A DNA stretch of 64,000 bases from Lachnospiraceae bacterium UBA7086 (GCA_002492525.1 DKZA01000010.1:21715-85714), one strand, 5' to 3'; positions 1-9,252 are shown, counted from the stretch's first letter. Numbers and translations: made by a program. The notes: generated by a model not told the origin, from the letters alone.

Positions 1-434
1 CCGTCACTGTCCTGGGTTATGACGGTTCCGGGCTGCGGGGTCTGCTGTTCGCCGGCGGGCTGACTTTTTTCATCCGCTGTATTATCGGATGTTTTTTCCG
101 TCTTTGTTTTATCCTCGGATTCGTCTTCCTTTGCCGGTCTTGTATCTTCCTGTAGTTCCGCTATCATAATTTCTCTTTTATAGGATCTGCGGAGCTCTTC
201 CTGATGCTGTTTTAATTCCGTATTGAGACTGGATAATTCCTGCTGAAGTTTCTTTCGTTCATTTGTTTTTTCATTGGCAGAAAGTTCTTCTTCTGAAGAT
301 AGCTTCTGCATCTGCTGCTGCGTATTGGTGATTTCATTCTGAATATTCTTGCTCTTTTGGTCTTTGAAATCTGCCGGAGTCATCTGTATGACTGCCATAT
401 GATTGCTTGTAGAAGCTACACGGCCAATTCCCAT
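1..434 (-). CDS. FlxA-like family coiled-coil protein (partial, runs off the window start)
   Basis: Not in ORF track. ATG at 434 after GGAAGGAG; manual translation MGIGRVASTSNHMAVIQMTPADFKDQKSKNIQNEITNTQQQMQKLSSEEELSANEKTNERKKLQQELSSLNTELKQHQ... is open to base 1 and resembles the FlxA pattern. Confidence 0.65.
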   Translation of the reverse strand, partial: MGIGRVASTSNHMAVIQMTPADFKDQKSKNIQNEITNTQQQMQKLSSEEELSANEKTNERKKLQQELSSLNTELKQHQEELRRSYKREIMIAELQEDTRPAKEDESEDKTKTEKTSDNTADEKSQPAGEQQTPQPGTVITQDSD

Positions 435-661
435 GGAATCATCTCCTTCCCCCTGTAAAGGATGATTTCAGATAAGGTATCTTTTATTTGGTTTTTGTTT
501 GGTGATATACTTATTTATATTTTACTATTTTTAGTGGGTAAGAAGCAAGATTATTTTTATAAAAATGAGAAGGGAAAAAGGAAAGAAGATTGAAAGAATC
601 AATAGTCAGGCAAAATGCCACGCAGCGTAGCAGAAAAAAGCAAAATGTAAGCTCTGTTTGC

Positions 662-690
662 TTGTAATGTAACATGTATTTTCCTATACT
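662..690 (+). promoter_or_regulatory. Putative sigma-70 promoter of the XRE/CPBP operon
   Basis: TTGTAA-N17-TATACT upstream of AAGGAGG RBS and ATG 720. Confidence 0.55.
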
Positions 691-719
691 CGGGATAACA
701 AAACAAGGAGGTCAAGAAC

Positions 720-1604
720 ATGACATTTGCAGAAAAATTGAAATCTATCCGCAAGCAGGCAGGAATGTCGCAAGAACAGCTGGCGGAGAAACTGGGGGTA
801 TCCAGACAGGCAGTCACCAAGTGGGAAACGGATGCCGGTATCCCGGATATGGATAATATCATGGCGGTTTCTGCGCTGTTTGATATTTCTATTGATGAAC
901 TGCTCTCTAATGAGAAGGGAGCGAAAAAACCGGCAGACTATCTCTTTGAGAGTATTACGGAGTATGATATTGACGAGCCGAAACGCTATGATATGAAGTT
1001 TGGCGGGGCCAGACAATTTGTATTGTCGGGCTATGAGGGTGAGAAAATCCGTGTCCGTCTGGTATCCAATACGTATGCGGAAATCCAGAAGGATTTTAAG
1101 GTCAAAATTGACGATATCCGCAAGCGGATTGATGTAGATGTAAGCCGCAGGAACGGAGTATCCGAGGCGACAGCAAAAGAGGCGGTCGGTATTTTCGTCC
1201 AGATCCCAACGTTGTATGCGGGAAAAATGGAATGTGCGGTCAATGCGGAAAGTGTTAAAATTTGTTCGTTGGAGAGTGACAGCATCGAACTTGATGTAAA
1301 AACGCCCAATGTTATTCTGGAGGACGTTTCCGGCACGGTGGAGATTAATTGCAATCTCGATATGGAAGTGGTCTGTCATTCCCTGCATGGAGAAATTGCG
1401 ATCAACCAGGTTTCGGCAACTTCTAAGATACGTATTCCGGACGGTACAGCCTTCACAGCAGTTACAAAGGGTATCGGCACAAGCATTTCTTATGAAAGAG
1501 ATGGAAAACCGGCGGAAAGATTTGATACGCCGGATGCAGAGAATATGATCGAACTCAACGGCATGAAGAGCGAGCTTATCATATGCGCCGCCAGGGAGGT
1601 ATGA
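720..1604 (+). CDS. XRE-family HTH regulator fused to a C-terminal beta-rich (DUF4097/adhesin-like) domain
   Basis: N-terminal MSQEQLAEKLGVSRQAVTKWE HTH; beta-strand-rich C-terminus; strong RBS. Confidence 0.8.
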   Translation: MTFAEKLKSIRKQAGMSQEQLAEKLGVSRQAVTKWETDAGIPDMDNIMAVSALFDISIDELLSNEKGAKKPADYLFESITEYDIDEPKRYDMKFGGARQFVLSGYEGEKIRVRLVSNTYAEIQKDFKVKIDDIRKRIDVDVSRRNGVSEATAKEAVGIFVQIPTLYAGKMECAVNAESVKICSLESDSIELDVKTPNVILEDVSGTVEINCNLDMEVVCHSLHGEIAINQVSATSKIRIPDGTAFTAVTKGIGTSISYERDGKPAERFDTPDAENMIELNGMKSELIICAAREV

Positions 1605-1605
1605 T

Positions 1606-2451
1606 ATGGAACAGTATCAATACAGACCAGTGCGTTTTTATGTTACTTGCTTTGCGGTTACATGGGCATTTTGGATTACGGCAGCGTTTGTTAGCAGATC
1701 GGAGCATGATAATGGGATATCTTCCCTGCTGATGTTGTTCGGGTTAATTTCGCCTGCTGTCACGGCAGTGATTACCGTATTGACTTCAGGGAATAAGGCA
1801 TTGAAAGAAGATTTAAAAAGGAAACTGGTGGGATTTTATCGTATCAGGCCTCTGAATATTGTGGCGGCGGTTGTTGTTTTCATGGGCATTGTTGCGCTCT
1901 CTATTCTGCTTTCTTTATTGGCAGGGCAGTCTTTGAACCAGTTTGCTTTTACAGAAGACTTTTCCTTCTCTATCGGCGGCACTTCCGCCCTGTTGACGAT
2001 TCTGCTTGCGGCAGTGATAGAAGAAGTGGGCTGGCGGGGGTACGGAGAGGATTCTGTGGCGTCCTATTTCTCGTGGTTTACAGAGTCGATTATTTTTGGG
2101 TTTGTCTGGGCAATATGGCATCTGCCTCTGTTCTGGATTGAGGGTACTTATCATTATGGACTGAAAGAGCTGGGAATCGGCTATGTGCTGAATTTTCTTA
2201 TCAGCGTCAATCCGCTGGGATTTTTGACGACCTGGGTATACGTGAAAAACAACCGCAGTATGCTTGCCTGTATCATATTCCATTTGTTTGTGAACACGAT
2301 GCAGGAAAAAATTGCTATGACGCCTCAGACAAAATGTGTGGAGACGATTGTTGTATTATTGGCAGCAGTCGTGGTTGTGCTGACAAACAAGAAAATGTTC
2401 TTTGAGAAAGAGCATATCGGTAATCTGTTGGAATATAATAAGGAATTGTGA
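1606..2451 (+). CDS. CPBP (CAAX/Abi) family intramembrane metalloprotease
   Basis: Multiple TM segments; EEVGWRG, WHLP and H..VN motifs. Confidence 0.9.
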   Translation: MEQYQYRPVRFYVTCFAVTWAFWITAAFVSRSEHDNGISSLLMLFGLISPAVTAVITVLTSGNKALKEDLKRKLVGFYRIRPLNIVAAVVVFMGIVALSILLSLLAGQSLNQFAFTEDFSFSIGGTSALLTILLAAVIEEVGWRGYGEDSVASYFSWFTESIIFGFVWAIWHLPLFWIEGTYHYGLKELGIGYVLNFLISVNPLGFLTTWVYVKNNRSMLACIIFHLFVNTMQEKIAMTPQTKCVETIVVLLAAVVVVLTNKKMFFEKEHIGNLLEYNKEL

Positions 2452-2513
2452 TATGATAAAAAGAAATAAACAGTAATGTTCAGTCATGCCGGAAAGGTCA
2501 GGCAGTACAGCAG

Positions 2514-3260
2514 GTGATGATGAAAAAGAAAAGAAAAATTTATCTGATCTTGACATGCATAATGCTGATGATAGGAATCATCGGCATTTTGGTGTTTCAA
2601 AAGAAAATTAAGATTACGCCGGTATTAGCCGGACAGTTTGAGACGAAAGGTGTTGACGTATCCCACTATCAGGGAACCATCGACTGGCCAACACTGGCGA
2701 AACAGGATATAGATTTTGCGTTTATCAAGGCCACAGAAGGAAGCGGTCATGTAGATGAATGTTTTGATGATAATTGGCAGGAGGCTGAGAAGACGGATCT
2801 TTCTATCGGCGCCTACCATTTTTTCAGTTTTGACAGTGAGGGCGAAAGACAGGCACAGTTTTATATAGATACGGTGGGCAGCCTGCAAGGGAAATTGGCC
2901 CCTGTGGTGGATGTGGAGTTTTATGGGGACAAAGAAAGCAATCCGCCTTCCAAAGACGAAGTCGTGGAACAATTGCGACAGATGCTTGAGACGTTAGAGA
3001 GGCGCTATCAGATGAAGCCGGTTATCTATACCACCTATCAGGTTTACCATCGCTATATCAAGGATGAGTTCGCGGAATATCCTCTGTGGATCAGAAACGT
3101 CTATTATCAGCCGCTTGTAGCGGGAAACAAATGGACTTTCTGGCAGTATACTGATACTGCGGTTTTAGCGGGGTATCAAGGTTCAGAAAAATATATAGAT
3201 ATGAATGTCTTTCGGGGGAGCAGGGAAGAATTGCAGAAGTGTATGGTAGAGTGTGAATAA
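2514..3260 (+). CDS. GH25 lysozyme/muramidase with N-terminal membrane anchor
   Basis: GVDVSHYQG, FIKATEG, GAYHFF, DVE, WQY motifs; basic plus hydrophobic N-terminus. Confidence 0.92.
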   Translation: MMMKKKRKIYLILTCIMLMIGIIGILVFQKKIKITPVLAGQFETKGVDVSHYQGTIDWPTLAKQDIDFAFIKATEGSGHVDECFDDNWQEAEKTDLSIGAYHFFSFDSEGERQAQFYIDTVGSLQGKLAPVVDVEFYGDKESNPPSKDEVVEQLRQMLETLERRYQMKPVIYTTYQVYHRYIKDEFAEYPLWIRNVYYQPLVAGNKWTFWQYTDTAVLAGYQGSEKYIDMNVFRGSREELQKCMVECE

Positions 3261-3388
3261 GAAGACGTAAGATTGATTTTTAATATATGCCCGAATTTAT
3301 GTTCCGTATGGTATTGACGTATAATGTGTAGTATAATGTCGATATTGGGGAAATATGCCAAAATATTGACGATTGAGAGAATATTTTT

Positions 3389-4432
3389 ATGAATGAATAT
3401 ACATTATATTTAGATGAAAGCAGAAATGATGAAGGAACCTATTTTGCTGTTGGTGGAATCATTATAAAAAATGAAGATATTGATACATTAAATACAGGAA
3501 TAACAGAGGCAAAGCGTTGTATTTGGGATGATGTGTATATTGAAGATTTTAAACCAATATTGCATTGTGTTGAACTTACGACGATAAAGAATTGTTGTTG
3601 GAATAGTCAGTATCTTTATTCTTATGTGCGCAGTCATTCTCAATATTCACATTTACAAGGCAGAAGTACTTCCGATGTAAAAAGTATATATAATAATGTA
3701 TATGGTAAATTGTGTAAATTGTTAAAAAGTATCAATGGCACAGTAATAGGATGTTCTATTGATATTAATAGATTTAAATATTTATATGGGGAAGATTTTA
3801 AAATAAATTCAGAATTATTTTTTGAAGTAGCAATGCAGGAGACTATGGAAAACTACGCTCATTTTCTTTATAAGAATAATGGAACTGGAAGCGTTGTATA
3901 TGAATCTCGAAATGATGAGAAAGCAAAAACTGATCGATCTCCGGATTTTAAAATGTATCAAAATTTTTGTCAGATAAAATCTGGTAATAAAGGTATTTCT
4001 TTTATGAATCAGAGTATGATTGCAAAAACGATTCGTTATTTGAGCATATTTAGTAAACAAGATAATGTAGCCGGATTGCAGTTGGCAGATTTTATAGCAT
4101 ATAATACAACGGCTGTTAAATCATTTTTTAAGGATAATAATATGACAGAATTTCAAAATAAAATTGCGGAAAGATTGTACAATGGAAATTTTGATGTTGC
4201 TGAAAAAGATTTACGCTCCTATTTTGGTATGAAATATCTTCCATATGATTTTGAGCATTTAACAGAATTGGAAAATGATCGTTCACAATTAAAAAGGTCT
4301 TTAGATGCTATTAAAATAGAAAAAAATGGTTTGCTGAAAAAGAATAAACAGCTCCATGATGCAAAGAATAGGTTGGTAGAAGAAAATGAGAAACTGAAAG
4401 AGCAAATCGGGAAATTGTCAAAAATCAAGTAA
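3389..4432 (+). CDS. DUF3800-family protein (predicted RNase H-like fold) with C-terminal coiled coil
   Basis: N-terminal LYLDES and late GLQLADFIAY motifs typical of DUF3800; last ~55 aa heptad-rich; clearly more AT-rich than neighbours. Confidence 0.8.
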   Translation: MNEYTLYLDESRNDEGTYFAVGGIIIKNEDIDTLNTGITEAKRCIWDDVYIEDFKPILHCVELTTIKNCCWNSQYLYSYVRSHSQYSHLQGRSTSDVKSIYNNVYGKLCKLLKSINGTVIGCSIDINRFKYLYGEDFKINSELFFEVAMQETMENYAHFLYKNNGTGSVVYESRNDEKAKTDRSPDFKMYQNFCQIKSGNKGISFMNQSMIAKTIRYLSIFSKQDNVAGLQLADFIAYNTTAVKSFFKDNNMTEFQNKIAERLYNGNFDVAEKDLRSYFGMKYLPYDFEHLTELENDRSQLKRSLDAIKIEKNGLLKKNKQLHDAKNRLVEENEKLKEQIGKLSKIK

Positions 4433-4454
4433 AATCAATGGAAATAAATACTTA

Positions 4455-4483
4455 TTGACAATCTTAATGGGAACGCATATACT
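4455..4483 (+). promoter_or_regulatory. Near-consensus sigma-70 promoter downstream of the DUF3800 gene
   Basis: TTGACA (4455-4460)-N17-TATACT (4478-4483). Confidence 0.85.
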
Positions 4484-4489
4484 ATCTAT

Positions 4490-4651
4490 AGATACGGAGA
4501 TGATCACGTAAGGCGTGTTGTCGAAGCAGTAGCAGAGACAGAGAATAGACTTAGATGCTATTCCGTCATGGTATCTTATTAGGAGTAATATGGATCAATG
4601 AAGTTAAAAAACAGCTGGAACATCTTAAGTGTATGTACCAGTTGTTTTTTT
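4490..4651 (+). ncRNA. Candidate structured ncRNA associated with the DUF3800 gene
   Basis: Begins at predicted +1; AGATAC 4490-4495 pairs with GTATCT 4571-4576; hairpins 4499-4522, 4537-4567, 4577-4590; ends in terminator 4606-4651; no credible ORF. Confidence 0.7.
4606..4651 (+). terminator. Intrinsic terminator
   Basis: AAAAAACAGCTGG...CCAGTTG followed by T7. Confidence 0.85.
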
Positions 4652-4683
4652 ATAGAAAAACGCATTAATAAGGAGGAAACCCC

Positions 4684-5439
4684 ATGCCCCAATATATATT
4701 AGAATGTTGCGTAGACAGTGTGGAATCGGCCCTTGCGGCCAAAGAAGGCGGAGCGGACCGCCTGGAGTTATGTGCGGCGCTTGTGATTGGCGGTATCTCC
4801 CCGAGCCTGGCACTGTTTGAACAGGTAAAAGCATGCTGCGATCTGCCGATTCGTGTGCTGCTGCGGCCGCGGTTTGGAGATTTTTTCTATTCAGAGTATG
4901 AGTTTGAGATATTGCAAAGAGAGGTGGCACTTTTCCGGGAAGCGGGTGCCGAGGGCGTGGTCATCGGCGCTCTTAAGGCAGACGGCAGCCTGCATATGGA
5001 ACAGATGCGGGAATTGATGGCGCAGGCGGGAAATATGAAAGTGACTTTGCACCGTGCCTTTGATGTGTGCGTAGACCCCTTCAGGGCCTATGAACAGGCC
5101 GGGGAACTGGGGATTGATACCATTCTCACATCGGGACAGAAGAGGGAATGTCTGGCAGGAATGTCGCTGTTACAACAATTATGTGAGCTGCAGCAAAAAA
5201 CAGATGCACCGCGGATCATGGCGGGGGCGGGCGTGACGCCGGATGTGATCCGCCGGTTCCGTGCGCAGACGAATATTACCAGTTATCATCTGTCGGCTAA
5301 AAAAATAGTGGACAGCGGTATGCGATACCGCAAGAAAGATGTGCCTATGGGCCTTCCGGTTATGGATGAATACAGTATTTTCAGAACAGACAGCAGGGTG
5401 GTGGCAGAGGCTAAGAAAGCCATGTTGGAAACAAGATGA
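4684..5439 (+). CDS. cutC: Copper homeostasis protein CutC
   Basis: LECCVDS, GADRLELC, RPRFGDF, TLHRAFD, ILTSG motifs. Confidence 0.95.
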   Translation: MPQYILECCVDSVESALAAKEGGADRLELCAALVIGGISPSLALFEQVKACCDLPIRVLLRPRFGDFFYSEYEFEILQREVALFREAGAEGVVIGALKADGSLHMEQMRELMAQAGNMKVTLHRAFDVCVDPFRAYEQAGELGIDTILTSGQKRECLAGMSLLQQLCELQQKTDAPRIMAGAGVTPDVIRRFRAQTNITSYHLSAKKIVDSGMRYRKKDVPMGLPVMDEYSIFRTDSRVVAEAKKAMLETR

Positions 5440-5453
5440 GCAGAGGGCATCTG

Positions 5454-6017
5454 TTATATCCCGTATATGAGGATACCGGCTGCGGCAGAGAGCAAAATGA
5501 GCAGGATGGGAGACAACCCGTTTTTCAATACTTTTTTGGCACCAAAGTATAACACTGCCAGCAAAAGGGTTAAGACGGCCGCCTGGATATTCAAGGCAGC
5601 GTGTTCTGTGTCTGCAGTGCAGTTTTGCAGAATCATATAGACTCCTGTTGCAAGGATGATACCTGTAATGCAGGGTTTCAGACCTTGCAGCACGGCTTGA
5701 ATCCAGGGGTTTCTCAGGGCAGTTTCTAACAATGCCATGATAAGCAGGATGATCAGGAATGAGGGCAGGATGACGGTAAAGGTGGCAGTTAGGGCACCTG
5801 GGAGTCCGGCCTGGGAACTTCCGGCATAGGTTGCCAGATTGACCATGATCGGGCCTGGCGTGCTTTCACTGACAGCAATCATATAGGAAAGCATTTCATC
5901 ATTCAGCCATCCATAAGAGATGACCACATCGCGGATGAGGGGGATCGCCCCATAGGCTCCGCCGAAAGAGAATAAACCGACTTTCAGAAAACCGAGGAAC
6001 AATTGCAGGTAAATCAT
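5454..6017 (-). CDS. Short-chain chromate transporter (CHR family), subunit 2
   Basis: GLFSFGGAY, ESTPGPIMVN motifs. Confidence 0.92.
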   Translation of the reverse strand: MIYLQLFLGFLKVGLFSFGGAYGAIPLIRDVVISYGWLNDEMLSYMIAVSESTPGPIMVNLATYAGSSQAGLPGALTATFTVILPSFLIILLIMALLETALRNPWIQAVLQGLKPCITGIILATGVYMILQNCTADTEHAALNIQAAVLTLLLAVLYFGAKKVLKNGLSPILLILLSAAAGILIYGI

Positions 6018-6604
6018 GTCTTGTTACCTCCGTTTTCCATTCTTTTTTTCATTGCAAAAACAGAAAGACTTACGATAGCAGCAGTGAGCATCAGAGCCAC
6101 CGTTGATATGTGCAGGGAAAAGATATCAATGAGCAGCATGACAGCGAAGGAACCTGCCGTAAGGAGACGGGACAGGGCATTTTGGGACATTTTGGAGATC
6201 ATTTTGAGGGCGGCATCAAGAATCAGAATGGCAACCGCACATTTGATTCCCCAAAAGGCGTGGGCAATCCAGGCAATTTCGAGGAAATGATCCAGGTACA
6301 TGGAAATCAGGAAGATGATGCAGAAGGATGGCAGGGTGACGCCAAGAGTAGCCGCTGCAGCGCCGGGGAATCCTTTTTGCCGGAATCCCACAAACGTGGA
6401 ACAGTTGATGGCGATTGGCCCGGGAGTGGATTCCGCAATTACGGTGATGTTCATCATATCCTCGTGGGTAATCCAGTGCTTTTTCTCCACACAGGTATTT
6501 TCAATCAGTGCGATCATCGCGTATCCACCGCCAAAGGTGAAAAGGCCGATTTTGAAAAAGGTTATAAATAAATCTAACAGTAAGTTCATGACAGGCTCCA
6601 TCAA
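6014..6604 (-). CDS. Short-chain chromate transporter (CHR family), subunit 1
   Basis: GLFTFGGGY, ESTPGPIAIN motifs; 4-nt overlap with partner. Confidence 0.92.
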   Translation of the reverse strand: MMEPVMNLLLDLFITFFKIGLFTFGGGYAMIALIENTCVEKKHWITHEDMMNITVIAESTPGPIAINCSTFVGFRQKGFPGAAAATLGVTLPSFCIIFLISMYLDHFLEIAWIAHAFWGIKCAVAILILDAALKMISKMSQNALSRLLTAGSFAVMLLIDIFSLHISTVALMLTAAIVSLSVFAMKKRMENGGNKT

Positions 6605-6801
6605 TTCTGCTTCATGCTTATTTCAGTGATTCTATCAAATGATATCATATTCCTTTCAGTATGGCTATCCCAAGATTGTCGTGTGAAATCAAATGTGCCG
6701 TCTTCGGCGGTATGGCAGTACAAGCTTTGATATTTACAGGCGGCAGACGGAAATATATAATAAAATATGGATTCTTTTCACGGTGGACAGGAGGAGAACG
6801 G

Positions 6802-8298
6802 ATGGAAATAAATGATCTGGCAGTTTGGTATCCTATGCTGTTGTCCAGGGATGCAGCGCTTGTAAACAAGGCGGCGGAGGCGATTCATGCCTATATGTGC
6901 AGTCTGGATGCTCCGCACATCATAAGATTAGACAGAGTGTTCAGGCAGTATACTTCCATGGAATGGAGTTATGACTGGGAGAAACTGTCGCCGGCGGACG
7001 TTACAAAAGGTATCAAGGATTCCGGGATGCGGTTGAGTATCCTGCGGCTTGGCACCCTGCATCCCAATGGCTATTTCAGGGAAAAGTGTATGAAAAAAAT
7101 TGCGGGTGATGAAGCTTCCTTTGGCTATATAGCCCTTCGCCTGAATGACTGGGTTTTACAGATCAGGGAGACGGCCTATAGGATTTTGTCAAAGCGGTTG
7201 GATAAGATCAAAGTGGACACCGCAGTGGGGTTGCTTCCTTTTATCAGCCGTACGAAAAAAGGAGAGCGGTATGGGTATCAGCAGTTTCAGGAGATAGAAG
7301 AGAAACTGTCGGCAAAGATCCTGCTTCATCGGGAGGAAATCTCTCTTGATACAATCAGAACTTATCCGCCTGCTACAAAGCGGTTTCTATATAAAATTAT
7401 GATTTCGCCCAAGGTGCTTTCCAAGCAGGAGGCGCAAAGGCTTCTGGAGAGAGAAAGAAACGGAAATGAAAAGGCGTTAGTGATCCGTCTCATTCTTCAA
7501 GAATACGAATGTTGTGAGACAGAGATAGAAACCTATCTGCATAATAAAAGCCCTATTGTACGGAAAAAAGCATTGGAAGTGAAATATGACCGCCTGGGCA
7601 GTGCCTGGGATGGGATAGAAGAATATCTGCTAGATACGGCGAGGGGCATACGTAGTGATGTCTGTTATATTCTGCGCAGGCATACAAAGTTTGATATTCT
7701 CTCTTATTACAGGGAAAGGCTTCACACCGGCGAGGAGGCGGTGGCTATACTGGGAGTGGGTGAAAATGGCAGCGCAGAGGATGCGGACATCCTGGCAGAG
7801 TATCTGTATGCCGACAGGCCAAGGCTTGTGAAAAATGCGTTGAAGGCCCTAAGTACTTTGCGGGCAGTAAAGGCCGGGGAGGTCAACCTTGCGGATATTT
7901 ATTGGGACTATTTAAACAATGCGGATGCCTCGATTGCAAAAGCGGCATACAATGCCATTGATAAAAGTGAAATTTCCTATGGCTCTGATAAGCTGTACCG
8001 TACTTTTGTGGACTGTGCAAATGATAATACCAGAAAATATCTGATCAGACTGCTGGCAAAGGAGCCTTCCTGGGAGCGTCTGCCATATTTGTTGTCTCTT
8101 TATGAACCTCATAGGCATACGGCCGACGATATACAGTTGTGGATATATAAGGCGCTTAGTTCCCGAAATGTCTATGCCAGGATTACAAGAGAATGGGCAG
8201 ACTTCATCAAAGATACGATGGAGCAGAGGAAGGAAAGAATTTCCGATAGACTGAAAAAAGAGATTTTATTTGATTTAGAACATATATCGATTATATAA
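6802..8298 (+). CDS. HEAT/ARM-repeat-like helical protein
   Basis: Start moved to ATG 6802 (AGGAGGAG RBS); HPNGYFRE, RLNDWV and repeated helical units; TTTACA-N17-TATAAT upstream. Confidence 0.7.
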   Translation: MEINDLAVWYPMLLSRDAALVNKAAEAIHAYMCSLDAPHIIRLDRVFRQYTSMEWSYDWEKLSPADVTKGIKDSGMRLSILRLGTLHPNGYFREKCMKKIAGDEASFGYIALRLNDWVLQIRETAYRILSKRLDKIKVDTAVGLLPFISRTKKGERYGYQQFQEIEEKLSAKILLHREEISLDTIRTYPPATKRFLYKIMISPKVLSKQEAQRLLERERNGNEKALVIRLILQEYECCETEIETYLHNKSPIVRKKALEVKYDRLGSAWDGIEEYLLDTARGIRSDVCYILRRHTKFDILSYYRERLHTGEEAVAILGVGENGSAEDADILAEYLYADRPRLVKNALKALSTLRAVKAGEVNLADIYWDYLNNADASIAKAAYNAIDKSEISYGSDKLYRTFVDCANDNTRKYLIRLLAKEPSWERLPYLLSLYEPHRHTADDIQLWIYKALSSRNVYARITREWADFIKDTMEQRKERISDRLKKEILFDLEHISII

Positions 8299-8373
8299 AA
8301 GGCAGATGGAGAAGTTGACAGCAAAGGACGTTTCCTTCATACTGGTAAGAAGGCAAAAATATAAGGCAAGTGA

Positions 8374-9186
8374 GTGGAAAGTATGATGAATAAATTTGGA
8401 AAAGCAGTGGCAGGCATAGTATGTATGGTGTTATTATCAGGCGGTATGGTCATGCAGGTTAAGGCAGAGGAATCTGCAGAGGATTATAGTGAAAGCGTAA
8501 TCGTTGATACAAGACCCGATTATGTGATTTATGTAAACCGAACATTGAATTGTGTCACAGTCATGCAGAATGTGCAGGAAGTGCTGACGCCGGTAAAGGT
8601 AATGGTTTGTTCTTGCGGCCTGGAAGGTTCAGACACGCCGGAAGGTACTTTTTATACCTCAGATTATTATGAGTGGCGTAAAATGGTGGATAATACTTAT
8701 GGCAGATATGCAGTTCGTTTCCGCGGGAAGATTCTCTTTCATTCCGTACCGTATATGGAGGAGTCTCCGGATACTTTAGAATGGGAAGAGTTTAATAAAC
8801 TGGGTGAAAACGCATCCTTGGGCTGTGTCCGATTATCTGTCAAAGATGCAAAATGGATCTATGATAATTGTAAGCCGGGCACTATGGTAATCGTATATTC
8901 AGGCAGTGAAATAGTTGGAGGATTTGAGAAGCCGGACACGATAAAAATAGATGAAAAATCCCCTTATAGGATGTGGGATCCGACGGATGACGGACTTGGC
9001 AGTACATGGACGGCGGCAAACGCAGAATATGTTCCCTTTACCGGAAGTATTGACGAATTTGATTATAAGGCTTATGCAGACAGATATCAGGATATTAAGG
9101 AAGCTTTTGGTTATGACCAAAATGCCTTATATGAGCATTATTTGACATTTGGGATCAAGGAGAAGAGAATTGCGGTTGCTTATTAA
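8374..9186 (+). CDS. L,D-transpeptidase (YkuD family), secreted, with short C-terminal cell-wall-type module
   Basis: Signal peptide; TPEGTF, LFHS, SLGCVRL catalytic motif. Confidence 0.9.
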   Translation: MESMMNKFGKAVAGIVCMVLLSGGMVMQVKAEESAEDYSESVIVDTRPDYVIYVNRTLNCVTVMQNVQEVLTPVKVMVCSCGLEGSDTPEGTFYTSDYYEWRKMVDNTYGRYAVRFRGKILFHSVPYMEESPDTLEWEEFNKLGENASLGCVRLSVKDAKWIYDNCKPGTMVIVYSGSEIVGGFEKPDTIKIDEKSPYRMWDPTDDGLGSTWTAANAEYVPFTGSIDEFDYKAYADRYQDIKEAFGYDQNALYEHYLTFGIKEKRIAVAY

Positions 9187-9252
9187 CGGTAAATGACAGT
9201 TGACTCCAAGGCATCTGGGGAGAGTAAATAAGAGAGATTTTCGGGAGGCAGT

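Noticed and set aside
684-1388. 234-aa antisense ORF, and the many similar shadow ORFs (e.g. 10577-11287, 24129-24797, 36720-37433, 51495-52139)
   Set aside because: They lie opposite well-supported genes, with no RBS or recognisable motifs
2514-3260. Prophage endolysin
   Set aside because: Has an N-terminal membrane anchor and no holin or phage genes nearby
4490-4605. Glycine or fluoride riboswitch controlling cutC (GGAGA...CGAAG resemblance)
   Set aside because: Lacks the glycine CUCUCAGG element and the fluoride pseudoknot consensus; a cis-regulatory role is kept only as an alternative to the DUF3800 RNA interpretation
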